Origin: Candidatus Poribacteria bacterium | GTDB taxonomy: Bacteria; Poribacteria; WGA-4E; WGA-3G | Direction of reading: 5' to 3' | DNA: 64,000 bases | Assembly: GCA_965246985.1 (NCBI GenBank) | Contig: OZ251998.1 | Coordinates: 6,596,430-6,660,429, forward strand | Shown: piece after piece, positions 54,819 to 64,000 of the stretch | How positions within the stretch are numbered: position 1 is the first letter of the stretch | How the letters are laid out: the number at the start of each line of letters is the position of its first letter | Notes under the pieces: generated by a model | Told to the model about the DNA's origin: nothing | The model's input: the letters and a program-made list of their open reading frames with translations, nothing else | The model's database searches: none | Made by a program: the position numbers and the translations under genes

Positions 54819-57158
54819 CTACATGGTTTTCTCTTGTATAGGGCAAAGTTTATCGCTTGCATGATTATACGCTGCTTCTAAGGCTTTCTTTCCTTCTCGT
54901 AATGCGGTTTCGCTCCGAGTTCGACACTCAAGATGATGCTTCCAAGCCATTGTGTACGCGGCAACAATTTCGCGCTGTACGGATAGCGGGGGCAATGGAA
55001 TTCTTAATCCGAGTATCGCAGATTGGTTAACTCTCGGGCGTCCGCTACCTGTAATTTGATAGACCAGTTGCCCAAATACAATATCACTACGAAGTATGAA
55101 TGATAGATACTCCCTATCGACTTGGTATTGCTGCAGTGATTTTCTTTTGGATGCTATATCTTTTAGTAGGGGGTCATCGAAAGCGTCTTCTAATGTACGA
55201 AAAACAAGACACTCCGATGACACATAACCGTCATCTTCATCGTCCCGAATTAAAACACATTTACGGAGTTCTGGGCGTAGTTTTGAAAAAAGAATGTCTC
55301 GGGGATGAAAACGGCGAACCCCACTCTTAAGTTGGCGGCCAAGAACATTGGATACACTATATTCGCCCGTTGCCGCAACGATATTTGCTAATCCTACATA
55401 TTGCCAAATCTCATCAGGATCCAGTGTTGAGGGTATTACCATTCTATTACGTACAACAATCAGTTCTGCAAGTTTAGGAGTTGGATAGATTGAACGATTT
55501 AAAGTGCTTTCGGCGGTTGTACGAGACGGATGGTGAAATTGAACGTCAAGTCGTACCCCAACACCGTCTGTAAATCTTTCAGGAGGACATACAAATATTT
55601 TTGGTGATAAGTGTGTTATCGCTTGATCGCCGCTTATAGTGTAGGTTTGCCAAGCATTGACAACGTCTGGTAATTCACTCAAGAGCTCGCGGGGGCCATC
55701 TTTATCTCGTTGTCCAATATAAAGTGGATCGCCGTTTTGTTTTCGTCCTATTTGTTCCACATTTGCCATAAAAACGTGGGATTGCGCTTCTTGATTATCG
55801 TTCTTTTTCCGTAAGAAAAGTATCGATGTTTTCGAGCTTGAATACGGCATGAACGTAACATCGGGCAAGCTAATCACTGCCTCTACAATACAATGTTGGA
55901 AAACAAATCTTCGTACATCTTCGTTTGATGCCCCATTTAATACGCTGTCTTCAATAATAATTCCCAAACGTCCACCGGGTTTCAACCAATGCATGCACCG
56001 CTCGATAAAGAGAATTCCTCTACGTCGAGAAGATTTCCCAACACCCAATTGATATCTGGAGATATCTGCTTTATCTGAGAGATCACTGCCGAATGGTGGA
56101 TTTGTCAAAATAATGTTTAACCCATTCGGCTTAACGAGATGGTTTAGATTGTCCGAAAAACCAAGAGAACCGTTGCTATCCAAGTGATGAATGTTACCGT
56201 GTCCATCACCGTGCATAATAAGATTCATTTGTGCAACCCATGCCATTCGTCTGTCAATCTCTAAACCGATAATATGGTTTGATAGATATTGAGCAATTCG
56301 GTTTACAGAAAATTCCTCGTCTCCTTGTGAGAATAAAAGATGTCCAATGTGCTTTGAGGCTTCTATTAGAAAACCACCACTGCCACAGGCAGGGTCACAC
56401 AAAGTTTGACCCAATTGAGGATTAATGAACTGCACCATAAACTCCACAACTTGTCGTGGTGTAAAAAACTGTTGATTATCTGATTTTTCAAATGTATTCC
56501 GAACTAACTCTTCATATACTGTCCCTTTTATATCTGCGGGGATATCGCTCAGATTGACCGGATGTAGAAGTTCAACGATTCGGACAACTGCTTTCTTGTC
56601 CGTACTTAGTTTACGCTGAGAATCTGTAAAGACATTCGGTAAAAGACTTATAGCCTTTTCATAAAGCGTCGCGATTCTTTGGTAGGTTGTATTTAGAGGC
56701 GCGTCAGCTGAAAAGTAGAACTGACTCGTGTAGTTATCCTTGGCTCTGCGTTGTCGTTCGTCATAGAGTTTGCAGTATAGTATCTTTGACATTTCTTCAA
56801 AACGTTCGAGCAAACCACCTCCCATTGAATCACGAAAAGCTTTGCTCATTTGCCGGACTAACAATCTGAGTGACCGAGTGTCTTGTTTTGACTCTGATTG
56901 GGAGAATAAATCTGGAAATAAAAAGGTTTGGGCATCGGTTTGATTAGAAGGAACATCCAATCTATACACCTGATCGTTTTCACCTCTATCGCGCAAGATT
57001 TTCGTGACATCTTCAACAGTGTATAATCGGTAGCCGTTTACGGGGTTGCGATGAGCAACAAGTTTTTTCGATTTATCCCAATTGCGAAGGGTTGTTGGGG
57101 TTACACCTAATAATTCAGCGGCATCCTTAATTGTAAGATACTCGGGTTTGGTGTTCAT
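54819..57158 (-). CDS. N6-adenine DNA methyltransferase with N-terminal MerR-like HTH and C-terminal HsdS-type target-recognition domain
   Basis: The HTH is LTIKDAAELLGVTPTTLRNWDK..NGYRLYTVEDV. Other motifs are FFTPRQVVEFMV, DPACGSGGFL (motif I) and NPPFG (motif IV). The TRD-like part reads ...YVGLANI...FHPRDILFSKLRPELRK. I prefer the start at MNTKPEY (57158, AGGAGA SD) over 57197. Confidence 0.9.
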   Translation of the reverse strand: MNTKPEYLTIKDAAELLGVTPTTLRNWDKSKKLVAHRNPVNGYRLYTVEDVTKILRDRGENDQVYRLDVPSNQTDAQTFLFPDLFSQSESKQDTRSLRLLVRQMSKAFRDSMGGGLLERFEEMSKILYCKLYDERQRRAKDNYTSQFYFSADAPLNTTYQRIATLYEKAISLLPNVFTDSQRKLSTDKKAVVRIVELLHPVNLSDIPADIKGTVYEELVRNTFEKSDNQQFFTPRQVVEFMVQFINPQLGQTLCDPACGSGGFLIEASKHIGHLLFSQGDEEFSVNRIAQYLSNHIIGLEIDRRMAWVAQMNLIMHGDGHGNIHHLDSNGSLGFSDNLNHLVKPNGLNIILTNPPFGSDLSDKADISRYQLGVGKSSRRRGILFIERCMHWLKPGGRLGIIIEDSVLNGASNEDVRRFVFQHCIVEAVISLPDVTFMPYSSSKTSILFLRKKNDNQEAQSHVFMANVEQIGRKQNGDPLYIGQRDKDGPRELLSELPDVVNAWQTYTISGDQAITHLSPKIFVCPPERFTDGVGVRLDVQFHHPSRTTAESTLNRSIYPTPKLAELIVVRNRMVIPSTLDPDEIWQYVGLANIVAATGEYSVSNVLGRQLKSGVRRFHPRDILFSKLRPELRKCVLIRDDEDDGYVSSECLVFRTLEDAFDDPLLKDIASKRKSLQQYQVDREYLSFILRSDIVFGQLVYQITGSGRPRVNQSAILGLRIPLPPLSVQREIVAAYTMAWKHHLECRTRSETALREGKKALEAAYNHASDKLCPIQEKTM

Positions 57159-57173
57159 AGTGGAATCTCCTGT

Positions 57174-57234
57174 TAATGTTTTATAATGATTAATCATTAT
57201 AAAACATTATAACAAATAATCTCTCTGATTGCAA
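57174..57234 (-). promoter_or_regulatory. Methyltransferase promoter with overlapping perfect 36-bp palindrome (candidate autoregulatory operator)
   Basis: Minus strand: TTGCAA (57229-57234), 17 nt, TATAAT (57206-57211). The palindrome TAATGTTTTATAATGATT|AATCATTATAAAACATTA spans 57174-57209. Confidence 0.6.
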
Positions 57235-57519
57235 CTTAAAAGCTGCTTCAGCGCGTGTAAATGTTTGTCAAAAGTAACAGAGTTGCTATAAACAGGTTTG
57301 CATCCTTACCAGTCTCAAGACAGCGCGCACCTGATGTATCTATATTTCTCAAAAATTTGGGATAAGAGTCCTAAAGCTGTAAGTATCCTTAGAATAAAAG
57401 AAAGGATTAGTTATAACGGTATCCAAGCAAATTTGGGCAACTGAAGATCAAAATCTAACTCTAAGGTAAACCTAATGAGCGAGCCCAATGACCAATCTGA
57501 TGGATAAGGAATAAGACAG

Positions 57520-60500
57520 ATGACAAAAGAACGAATTCGGATTTTAGTGGATACTTCACGCGATACCGGCTGGTCAGAGGGATTGGTAAAGCTCGAGCCG
57601 GACAGCATCTATCAAACAACCGATAATCGGGATTATCTCAGCGAGGCGGTGCTGAAGAATTATGACGTGCTGACGATTTGCAGCGGCACATCACTAAAAT
57701 ACACCGATGCAGAGCTTCAACTGATCCGCGAGTTTGTAGAAAAGGGTGGTGGACTGCTTTTAGCCGCCAGCACAAGCCGGTTCGAGCGAGATGTCCGTGA
57801 ACCGATCTCGGAATTAGGGGTTAATCACGTCGCATCTCTTTTCGGTGCGCGGTTTCTTCCGTTACCGGAAGGACAAGGAGAAATAGATACCGACGCGAAT
57901 CCGTTGCGAGGTTATACAAAGAAAAATCTGCACCTCACTGACTACGAGGTTACTGATGAACTGGAAATCGATGACCTTGGTCTCACGTATTGTGGTATCC
58001 TCAATATCCCCGCGGATGGTAGCGTTTTCCTTGAACACAGCGAGACGGGGGAACCTGTTGGGGCATGTCTCCATTTTGGATTAGGACGAGTTCTGTTGAT
58101 CAACACGCAACTCTTTCAAAAGGAGAATCACCCCGTATCTGGGCGATTCATTGATTGGTTGGGAATCAATCGCATCTCTTTGACAATGGATACTCAGACA
58201 ATTCCTGATGAAATCCCGATCGAAGAACATGTCAGAGAGGACGGAAAAATCAAGATTTTCTATACGCATTTCGTCGCAGACCGTGTGGATATGTGTATGG
58301 CATTTGCCAAAAAACTGGCGAAGGAGATGCTCGAGAAATTCCCCGAAGGCGCGGGCATTGAATGGAAAATTGATCTGATTCCGTCGTGTGTTCATAACTA
58401 CGACTTCGGTTGGGAAGATTCGATAATGACGATCGGGGCGTGTGTCAGTCCTCCGAGACTTGCCTATTCGCTCGGTGTTGAGGCGAGTGGGTTGCTCGCC
58501 GACAAAACGCCGTTTGGAAAGGCAACGGGTATTTTTTTTGACGGATTCCAGTTCTTCTTTGGTATCTGGGCAATGAAATTGCTCGGATTTGCGCCAGAAG
58601 CGGCGGAGATGGTCGCCGAAGCCGAGCGGCAATTTCGTGAAAATGCCCAAACCGAGAAGCCAATTGACATCACGAAGGTTTACGGTGTACGATCTCGCAA
58701 GCCGATCTGGATACTGAAGGTGCTACTTGATAAATATGGTGACGACCTGTTTGTCCAACTCAGCGAGGTATTGTTGGAAAAGCACAGCGACACAGAAAAG
58801 AATATGCCGCGCGCAACCTTCTCATGGATAGATACACTGATCTATTATCTCAGCCGAACTGTAGATGATGACCTCTTCCCTTGGTTCAAGGAGATCGGCA
58901 CGACTGTCCATCCGCTCCCGTTGTTGCCGAATGACAGCGATGAATTTATGGCAGAGGTCCGTGAACGCCTCAACGGAATAATTCGTGACACAACCACAGA
59001 TATAAGCGACAGAATCGATGCAATCGACAGTTTTCTCGAAATCAGTGGCGAATCGGCACCGGTCACTAAACTGGATTCGGCGGACAGATACGAGCGTCTG
59101 ATTGCAGCAGTAAAACTGGTCCAGGGCTGCGATGACCGGGCGGTGAAAGCACTCGAAATGCTAACGACCGACACAGGGGATGATGGACTTGTGGCGATGG
59201 CGGTACTGGTATTGGTTCGTAGCGGTCGCGTCGGAGAAGTCGTAGATCAACTCGTGGAGATCGCGCCGCACCAAGATCACAGATACCAACTCGAAACTGG
59301 ATACCTGCTGGAAAGAATCGGTCACGAAGCCGCCAAACGGTTCTCACATAAAGGACTCGTGGACGAAAACGGTGTCCCTGTCCTAACGATGGATATCGAA
59401 CGCAATGGTGACTTACATCTCTATCTGATCATTGCAGGCTATCGCGTTGCCACTTGCAATACAATTCTCCATACACACCATTTCCCTCATAACACGCACG
59501 CTGCTGGCACTTACGTACTCTGGGTGCATACCGACTCAAAATATCGACGGAAAGGGCTATCGCGGTGGGCATTCCGTGAGTCAATGTCTCATGAACTTGT
59601 CCGCCGGTACTCTGGTATCTCTCTTCACACCGGCACGCACAATCCCGCGCACGCAATGTACAGGAGTTTTGGGTTCCTTGATGGACTGCGGGGGCAAAAT
59701 TTCACCAAAACCCTCCAGCATGAAGAAGCGAGAGTGGTTGAAGGCCTGGTTGTCCGACCTTATAGACCTGGAGATGAGGTCGCTATGGTCGGGCTACCCA
59801 ACGCATTTTATGTAGACCTGGTGGACCGCTGGCGGAGGCGTGCTGAAAGGCAGAGAACGTCGGAAACCCGCTTGATTCGACTCGCCGAGAAGGACGGAGA
59901 ACTGCTCGGATATGTGCAGGTACAATGCGATGAGAAGGAAAAGAATGTGTCAATCACCGAATTCTGTCTTAAACCCGAACCTTCCGAAGGTTCCAAACAC
60001 CCTGAAGGTTTTCTTAAGGAAGTCGGCACCGCACTGCTCTGCGCGTTGCACAACGAACTGGTCCAGCGTGAATATAAACAGATAAGCTGGGAACTGGAAG
60101 GAGAGGGCGAAAAGAATTATGTCAGAACGCTGTTTCACAATTTCGGGTACACGTCGGCGGATGCAGGCTGGGTATGGATGTTCAAAATCATCAATTTGCC
60201 GATGCTACTTCGCGAACTCTCCCCACTGCTTTCCAAACGACTGAACGAGAGCGATGCTTACAAAGGCTGGGAAGGAACAATCGGCATCAAAGGTTCGGAA
60301 CATCAGGCGAGCCTTATAGTCAGAGACGGCGAGATTCACATATCATCGGAAGTCTCAGAAAATACTGGAATTTACCTCTCTACAGACGACGACACACTCA
60401 CCCGGTTCATTTTGGGGGTATTTACACCCTACGAAGCATATCTACAGAATCAATTACACATTGTGCCGGCAGTCAACAGTTCGGTAACACGTCTGTTGGA

Positions 60501-60534
60501 GACGCTGTTCCCTTCACGCCATCGAAAGCAGTAG
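57520..60534 (+). CDS. 1,004-aa multidomain protein: N-terminal DUF4350/GATase1-like module, central unknown/helical-repeat region, C-terminal Eis-like GNAT + SCP2 module
   Basis: The N-terminus reads YDVLTICSG..ELQLIREFVEKGGGLLLAAS. GNAT-like parts read YVLWVHTDSKYRRKGLSRWAF and ...GYVQV... The C-terminus IGIKGSEHQASLIVRDGEIHIS...YLSTDDDTLTRFILGVFTPYEA...LLETLFP resembles the Eis SCP2 domain. Confidence 0.8.
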   Translation: MTKERIRILVDTSRDTGWSEGLVKLEPDSIYQTTDNRDYLSEAVLKNYDVLTICSGTSLKYTDAELQLIREFVEKGGGLLLAASTSRFERDVREPISELGVNHVASLFGARFLPLPEGQGEIDTDANPLRGYTKKNLHLTDYEVTDELEIDDLGLTYCGILNIPADGSVFLEHSETGEPVGACLHFGLGRVLLINTQLFQKENHPVSGRFIDWLGINRISLTMDTQTIPDEIPIEEHVREDGKIKIFYTHFVADRVDMCMAFAKKLAKEMLEKFPEGAGIEWKIDLIPSCVHNYDFGWEDSIMTIGACVSPPRLAYSLGVEASGLLADKTPFGKATGIFFDGFQFFFGIWAMKLLGFAPEAAEMVAEAERQFRENAQTEKPIDITKVYGVRSRKPIWILKVLLDKYGDDLFVQLSEVLLEKHSDTEKNMPRATFSWIDTLIYYLSRTVDDDLFPWFKEIGTTVHPLPLLPNDSDEFMAEVRERLNGIIRDTTTDISDRIDAIDSFLEISGESAPVTKLDSADRYERLIAAVKLVQGCDDRAVKALEMLTTDTGDDGLVAMAVLVLVRSGRVGEVVDQLVEIAPHQDHRYQLETGYLLERIGHEAAKRFSHKGLVDENGVPVLTMDIERNGDLHLYLIIAGYRVATCNTILHTHHFPHNTHAAGTYVLWVHTDSKYRRKGLSRWAFRESMSHELVRRYSGISLHTGTHNPAHAMYRSFGFLDGLRGQNFTKTLQHEEARVVEGLVVRPYRPGDEVAMVGLPNAFYVDLVDRWRRRAERQRTSETRLIRLAEKDGELLGYVQVQCDEKEKNVSITEFCLKPEPSEGSKHPEGFLKEVGTALLCALHNELVQREYKQISWELEGEGEKNYVRTLFHNFGYTSADAGWVWMFKIINLPMLLRELSPLLSKRLNESDAYKGWEGTIGIKGSEHQASLIVRDGEIHISSEVSENTGIYLSTDDDTLTRFILGVFTPYEAYLQNQLHIVPAVNSSVTRLLETLFPSRHRKQ

Positions 60535-60586
60535 CACGTGTAGTTCCAGCCGGAACTATCCGGATTGTTGATTATGATTGATATAT

Positions 60587-63500
60587 TTAGAAGCCCATCA
60601 TCGCTCGAACAAACGTTGTATTGCTGGCCGTATTTCGAAGCAGGTTAGTGGTTCTATGGTGGCCTGCAAGAATGACGATATAGAAACCGAGCCAATTGCC
60701 TCTGCTGATGGCTTGGATTTCAAAAATACGGGTTCGTAGGTCAGGGCGGTATAGGTTTGGAACGCTAATGTCAGCTGAGAAAGTTCGCAGGTAGTTCTTG
60801 AAGTTATTATCCCGATTCGTAAACTTCCTATATTGGAATCCTCCAAGGATTTTGGTTCTCTGTGTAAACTGATAATCAAGGCGGACACCGAGAATATCCT
60901 CGCGACTTCGACGATTGAATCGCAAATATTCAACCGGTTGATCGTCGGTTGGGAGAAACAGGTCTGGGTTGAGTGTTTTTGGAATTTCATCGGCACTTCG
61001 GTCAAAAGCGCGGTCCCAAACGTACTTAACCATAGGTGTTAGCGTTAAATCTTCAACAATTTTGTTGACATAAGGGAGTTCGCCAAGTGGGATCTCGTAT
61101 TTCGCCTTCAGAATAGTGAGCTGATTACGGATATTCCGTTCGGGGTAACGTCGTTTTTTCCAATTCGCATCGTCATAGATTAAACCGGTGTCAGTTGGGT
61201 CAAGCGCGTTAATTCCGTGATCAGGATAGAACGGATAGTCACGTCTCCCGCCGGAAATCCGGACCTGCTTAATTGGCACCATAAAGTCAACACGTTCATC
61301 AGGTTCAAAGTTTTTTGATATTGGGTCGTATTCAACATCCCTGAAAAGTGCCTTTCCTTCATCCTGTTCAAACTGTTTTTGCATGAGAACCAGAAGTTTG
61401 GTTTCAAGTGTCAAGTTTGGCACTGCGGTATAGAGGCATTGGAGCGTTGTTGTATTCACCCGTGCATTGTAAAAATCAAGTTCGTCCTTAATGTGGATCG
61501 GCTGCAATTCTCCAACAGGCAGGACAATGGTGTAATCTGGAATATCATCCTGCACTCGGACAAATCGATTTTGGAAGTGAAAGCTGCCAAAATCGGAGAT
61601 GTCGCGTTTATAAGTAACATGTATGTATTTAGCGTTATTTTTCCGCTGGCTTGAAATTTCGCTTTCGTTTAACCAACCCACTTGAACAGTGAGGTTAGCA
61701 AGTAGGTCGTATTTCGCTTTGAGGTGATACCCCTGACGGTCTATACCGTATTCGTATTCGGGTTCAAAGTCATCCTCAATCGGATCAACAACACCGTTAT
61801 TATTTAGATCGATAATGTTGGTAAATACAGGTGGATCGGCTTCAAAAATAAGAAAATCTTCTTGGAAGTCTAATATGCCGTTCTGGTCTCGGTCATCAGC
61901 ACGTGGAATTACGCCATCAAAGTCACTGTCATCGGGGTAGTCATCGCCATCATCGTCATCTTCAATGAGTATATAATTGGTTTCGTCATAAGGAATTAGT
62001 TCCTCTGCGATTCTATCTTCCAAAGGTATATCGCGGCGGCCCCTTTCAAGTGTGTAAACTTGACCTCGGTTCGGATGTGCCCCAAAATTCAGGTAGTTGG
62101 TTGTGTAGCCTGGGTCAATATGATACAAGACCCCTTCTAAGTGGAGTTTGCCAAAGCGAGACTTAAGTTGGATGAACCAGGCTGTTTCTCTACCGAGTTT
62201 TCCGTTGCCATCTTCATCTGTGCCGTCACCGCCTAAAAAAGCTTCAAAACGTTCGCCTTCGGTTTCCGAATATGTGGGGATGCCATTTGCATCTACCGGA
62301 AGTCTGCTGCTGAAATCAATAGAGACACCTGTCGGTTCCTCACCATCTGGTCCTTGAATAGTGGTTTTGGTTCGACTAAATCCTACTTTATCTTTGGGGA
62401 TAGTCGGATACTGTTTGTATTTACCATTAATAGAGTAGTGTGCCCTGATGAAAACATTGCCGACAGTCCCTTCAAGGTCAAGTCCGTAGAGAGTAGCAGC
62501 ACGTGCGGCACCATAGTGGTATCGAATTTTCCGAGGTCTCCCTTCATCTTTCCATTGCGTGGGATTGTCTACAAGTTTTTTCCGATTTTTGATGTAATCC
62601 GGAGATTGACCGTAATTTCCCGGAGCCTCAATTATGTCGCGATACGGCATCTGAATGCGACCATCTTCAGTTTTAATCCACTCTTGTAGTGCCGGGTCTG
62701 ACTCTGCTTTATTTGCTTCACTAAAGCCGATAACCGCTATATTATAATCGCCTGCAACAACCATTTCAAAGACAACGGATTTGACTGTTCGTGGGTCAAT
62801 GTTAATTTTCTCATCAGTCAGAATAAGATCATATTTCATTTTATTGAAACCGTTGACAATTTTCCACTTCCCGTCAACGGAATCGCGTATTTTAGAAGGA
62901 CCTCCGGCATGATCAACTGGAACAAGCTCGTCAGCAAAGACATCGAATCGGTGCATCATTTCAGGTAGAGGTTCGGGTTCAATGCCTTCCTCTATAGCTT
63001 GAGGGATTAATTCTTCAAGTTCTTGTGTGATGATCGTAATCTTCATGCTTTTGAAAGCTGCACCGACACCATCTTGGATATTATCGCTATATCCGTCGGG
63101 ATCATAAGAACGAAAATCTGTGAATGCACGCGTGTGATTATCCTCAGGCGAGTCATCACGGAAAACAATGGATATTGTTTCAGGGGGTGTATTGGCAACG
63201 GTCCCCATGAATGAGTTTATTAGGCGTTCTGGATGTTCTTTATACAAATTGACATAAGTAAATCCGACGCGGAACAATCCGCCTAAAAGTCCCTGCCCTC
63301 GAAAACCGACGAGTCGTGCGTTTTCAATGTTCCTGACACCTGACACTGCGTTCAACCCGTTTCGGCGCCCAAGGTCCTGTCCGAGTATTTGCCCTGGTGG
63401 ATTATCTGTTAGTTGAATAGGATTAGAAATACGTGAGTGGATGAGACTAAAAAGATGGTGCTCCTGCGCAAAAGAGATATCCCACCGCAGCCCATCAAAC

Positions 63501-63940
63501 TCAGTTTTGTATATAATATATCGGTTTGGAAACAGGGAAGCGGGTTTGAGTCGCAGGTGATCGCCAATAATAAACTCAGTATGTCTACCGAGAAAGGTTT
63601 CTTCAGTTATGATCGTCCGGTCCAGTTGAGCTGTGAAGCGAAGACTATCAAGTTGACCGCCCCACCCAACAACTAATTTACCGTTCTTATCAAATTCTTT
63701 CCTATCAGTGTATGTATTGAGTTCGCTGCCTTCCACGATTTCTTTGCCATAAAGATCATAGAAGAATTGTGGTTCTTCTTCTAATTGGAATCTGTTTGAG
63801 AACTTAGCTTCTCCGTCAATGGCAGGCAAGAGCGATTCATGCGGTCCGAGACTTTCCGCGCCACAACCATAGAACACAGACGTACTCAGGACGCAAGCCG
63901 TTACAAGCATAAAATTAATCGCTCGTTTTAACTTGTTCAT
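60587..63940 (-). CDS. 1,117-aa outer-membrane lipoprotein / putative giant beta-barrel with acidic Ca-binding-type repeats
   Basis: Lipobox ...VFYGCG and C-terminal ...RAMMGF. The acidic block reads DDDDGDDYPDDSDFDGVIPRADDRDQNGILDFQED...DLNNNGVVDPIEDD. Confidence 0.8.
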   Translation of the reverse strand: MNKLKRAINFMLVTACVLSTSVFYGCGAESLGPHESLLPAIDGEAKFSNRFQLEEEPQFFYDLYGKEIVEGSELNTYTDRKEFDKNGKLVVGWGGQLDSLRFTAQLDRTIITEETFLGRHTEFIIGDHLRLKPASLFPNRYIIYKTEFDGLRWDISFAQEHHLFSLIHSRISNPIQLTDNPPGQILGQDLGRRNGLNAVSGVRNIENARLVGFRGQGLLGGLFRVGFTYVNLYKEHPERLINSFMGTVANTPPETISIVFRDDSPEDNHTRAFTDFRSYDPDGYSDNIQDGVGAAFKSMKITIITQELEELIPQAIEEGIEPEPLPEMMHRFDVFADELVPVDHAGGPSKIRDSVDGKWKIVNGFNKMKYDLILTDEKINIDPRTVKSVVFEMVVAGDYNIAVIGFSEANKAESDPALQEWIKTEDGRIQMPYRDIIEAPGNYGQSPDYIKNRKKLVDNPTQWKDEGRPRKIRYHYGAARAATLYGLDLEGTVGNVFIRAHYSINGKYKQYPTIPKDKVGFSRTKTTIQGPDGEEPTGVSIDFSSRLPVDANGIPTYSETEGERFEAFLGGDGTDEDGNGKLGRETAWFIQLKSRFGKLHLEGVLYHIDPGYTTNYLNFGAHPNRGQVYTLERGRRDIPLEDRIAEELIPYDETNYILIEDDDDGDDYPDDSDFDGVIPRADDRDQNGILDFQEDFLIFEADPPVFTNIIDLNNNGVVDPIEDDFEPEYEYGIDRQGYHLKAKYDLLANLTVQVGWLNESEISSQRKNNAKYIHVTYKRDISDFGSFHFQNRFVRVQDDIPDYTIVLPVGELQPIHIKDELDFYNARVNTTTLQCLYTAVPNLTLETKLLVLMQKQFEQDEGKALFRDVEYDPISKNFEPDERVDFMVPIKQVRISGGRRDYPFYPDHGINALDPTDTGLIYDDANWKKRRYPERNIRNQLTILKAKYEIPLGELPYVNKIVEDLTLTPMVKYVWDRAFDRSADEIPKTLNPDLFLPTDDQPVEYLRFNRRSREDILGVRLDYQFTQRTKILGGFQYRKFTNRDNNFKNYLRTFSADISVPNLYRPDLRTRIFEIQAISRGNWLGFYIVILAGHHRTTNLLRNTASNTTFVRAMMGF

Positions 63941-64000
63941 AACTGCACCTGTGTGTGTATCAACGACCTGAATGTGGTTGGGACAACACGTAAAATCGTA

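Overview
This 64-kb window looks like chromosomal DNA from an uncultivated, moderate-GC Gram-negative bacterium. The gene content suggests a PVC/Poribacteria-like heterotroph, but that taxonomic call is inference only. Supporting genes are a Cys-type sulfatase, two PhyH-type dioxygenases, tandem FG-GAP/VCBS lipoproteins, LamG, DUF1573-like and WD40 proteins, and two extended ECF sigma factors.

I support about 45 protein genes, mostly enzymes and envelope or secreted proteins. I found no rRNA, tRNA or CRISPR array.

The main non-routine observations are:

1. A gene of at least 1,104 codons on the minus strand runs off the left edge (1-3313). It is missing from the supplied ORF track.
2. A 2.5-kb protein-free, repeat-dense interval lies beside that gene (3314-5838).
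3. Two MITE families are present with clear target-site duplications.
   - A 111-bp TA-flanked element has 2 copies. One splits an STT3-like glycosyltransferase gene.
   - A 143-bp element with 9-10-bp duplications has 3 copies. One splits an IS5-like transposase gene, and one duplicates the Shine-Dalgarno sequence of a PhyH gene.
4. A 3.1-kb insertion nest (IS3-family element, decayed IS5-like element, MITE) is bracketed by a 26/27 inverted repeat.
5. A spacer-less tandem array of nine 41-53-bp hairpin units sits next to a 5-prime-truncated hydrolase gene.
6. A hairpin+TCCTAC REP-like family recurs at gene ends.
7. A convergent restriction-modification pair is present. Its methyltransferase carries an N-terminal MerR-like HTH and a fused HsdS-type TRD. 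A perfect 36-bp palindrome lies on its consensus promoter.
8. A TetR gene has identical 13-bp palindromic operators in two promoters.
9. Both ECF sigma genes share an upstream promoter-like motif.
10. Two very large genes of unclear function close the window: a 1,004-aa protein with an Eis-like C-terminus and a 1,117-aa acidic-repeat outer-membrane protein.

All product calls rest on motif recognition by eye. No database search was run.
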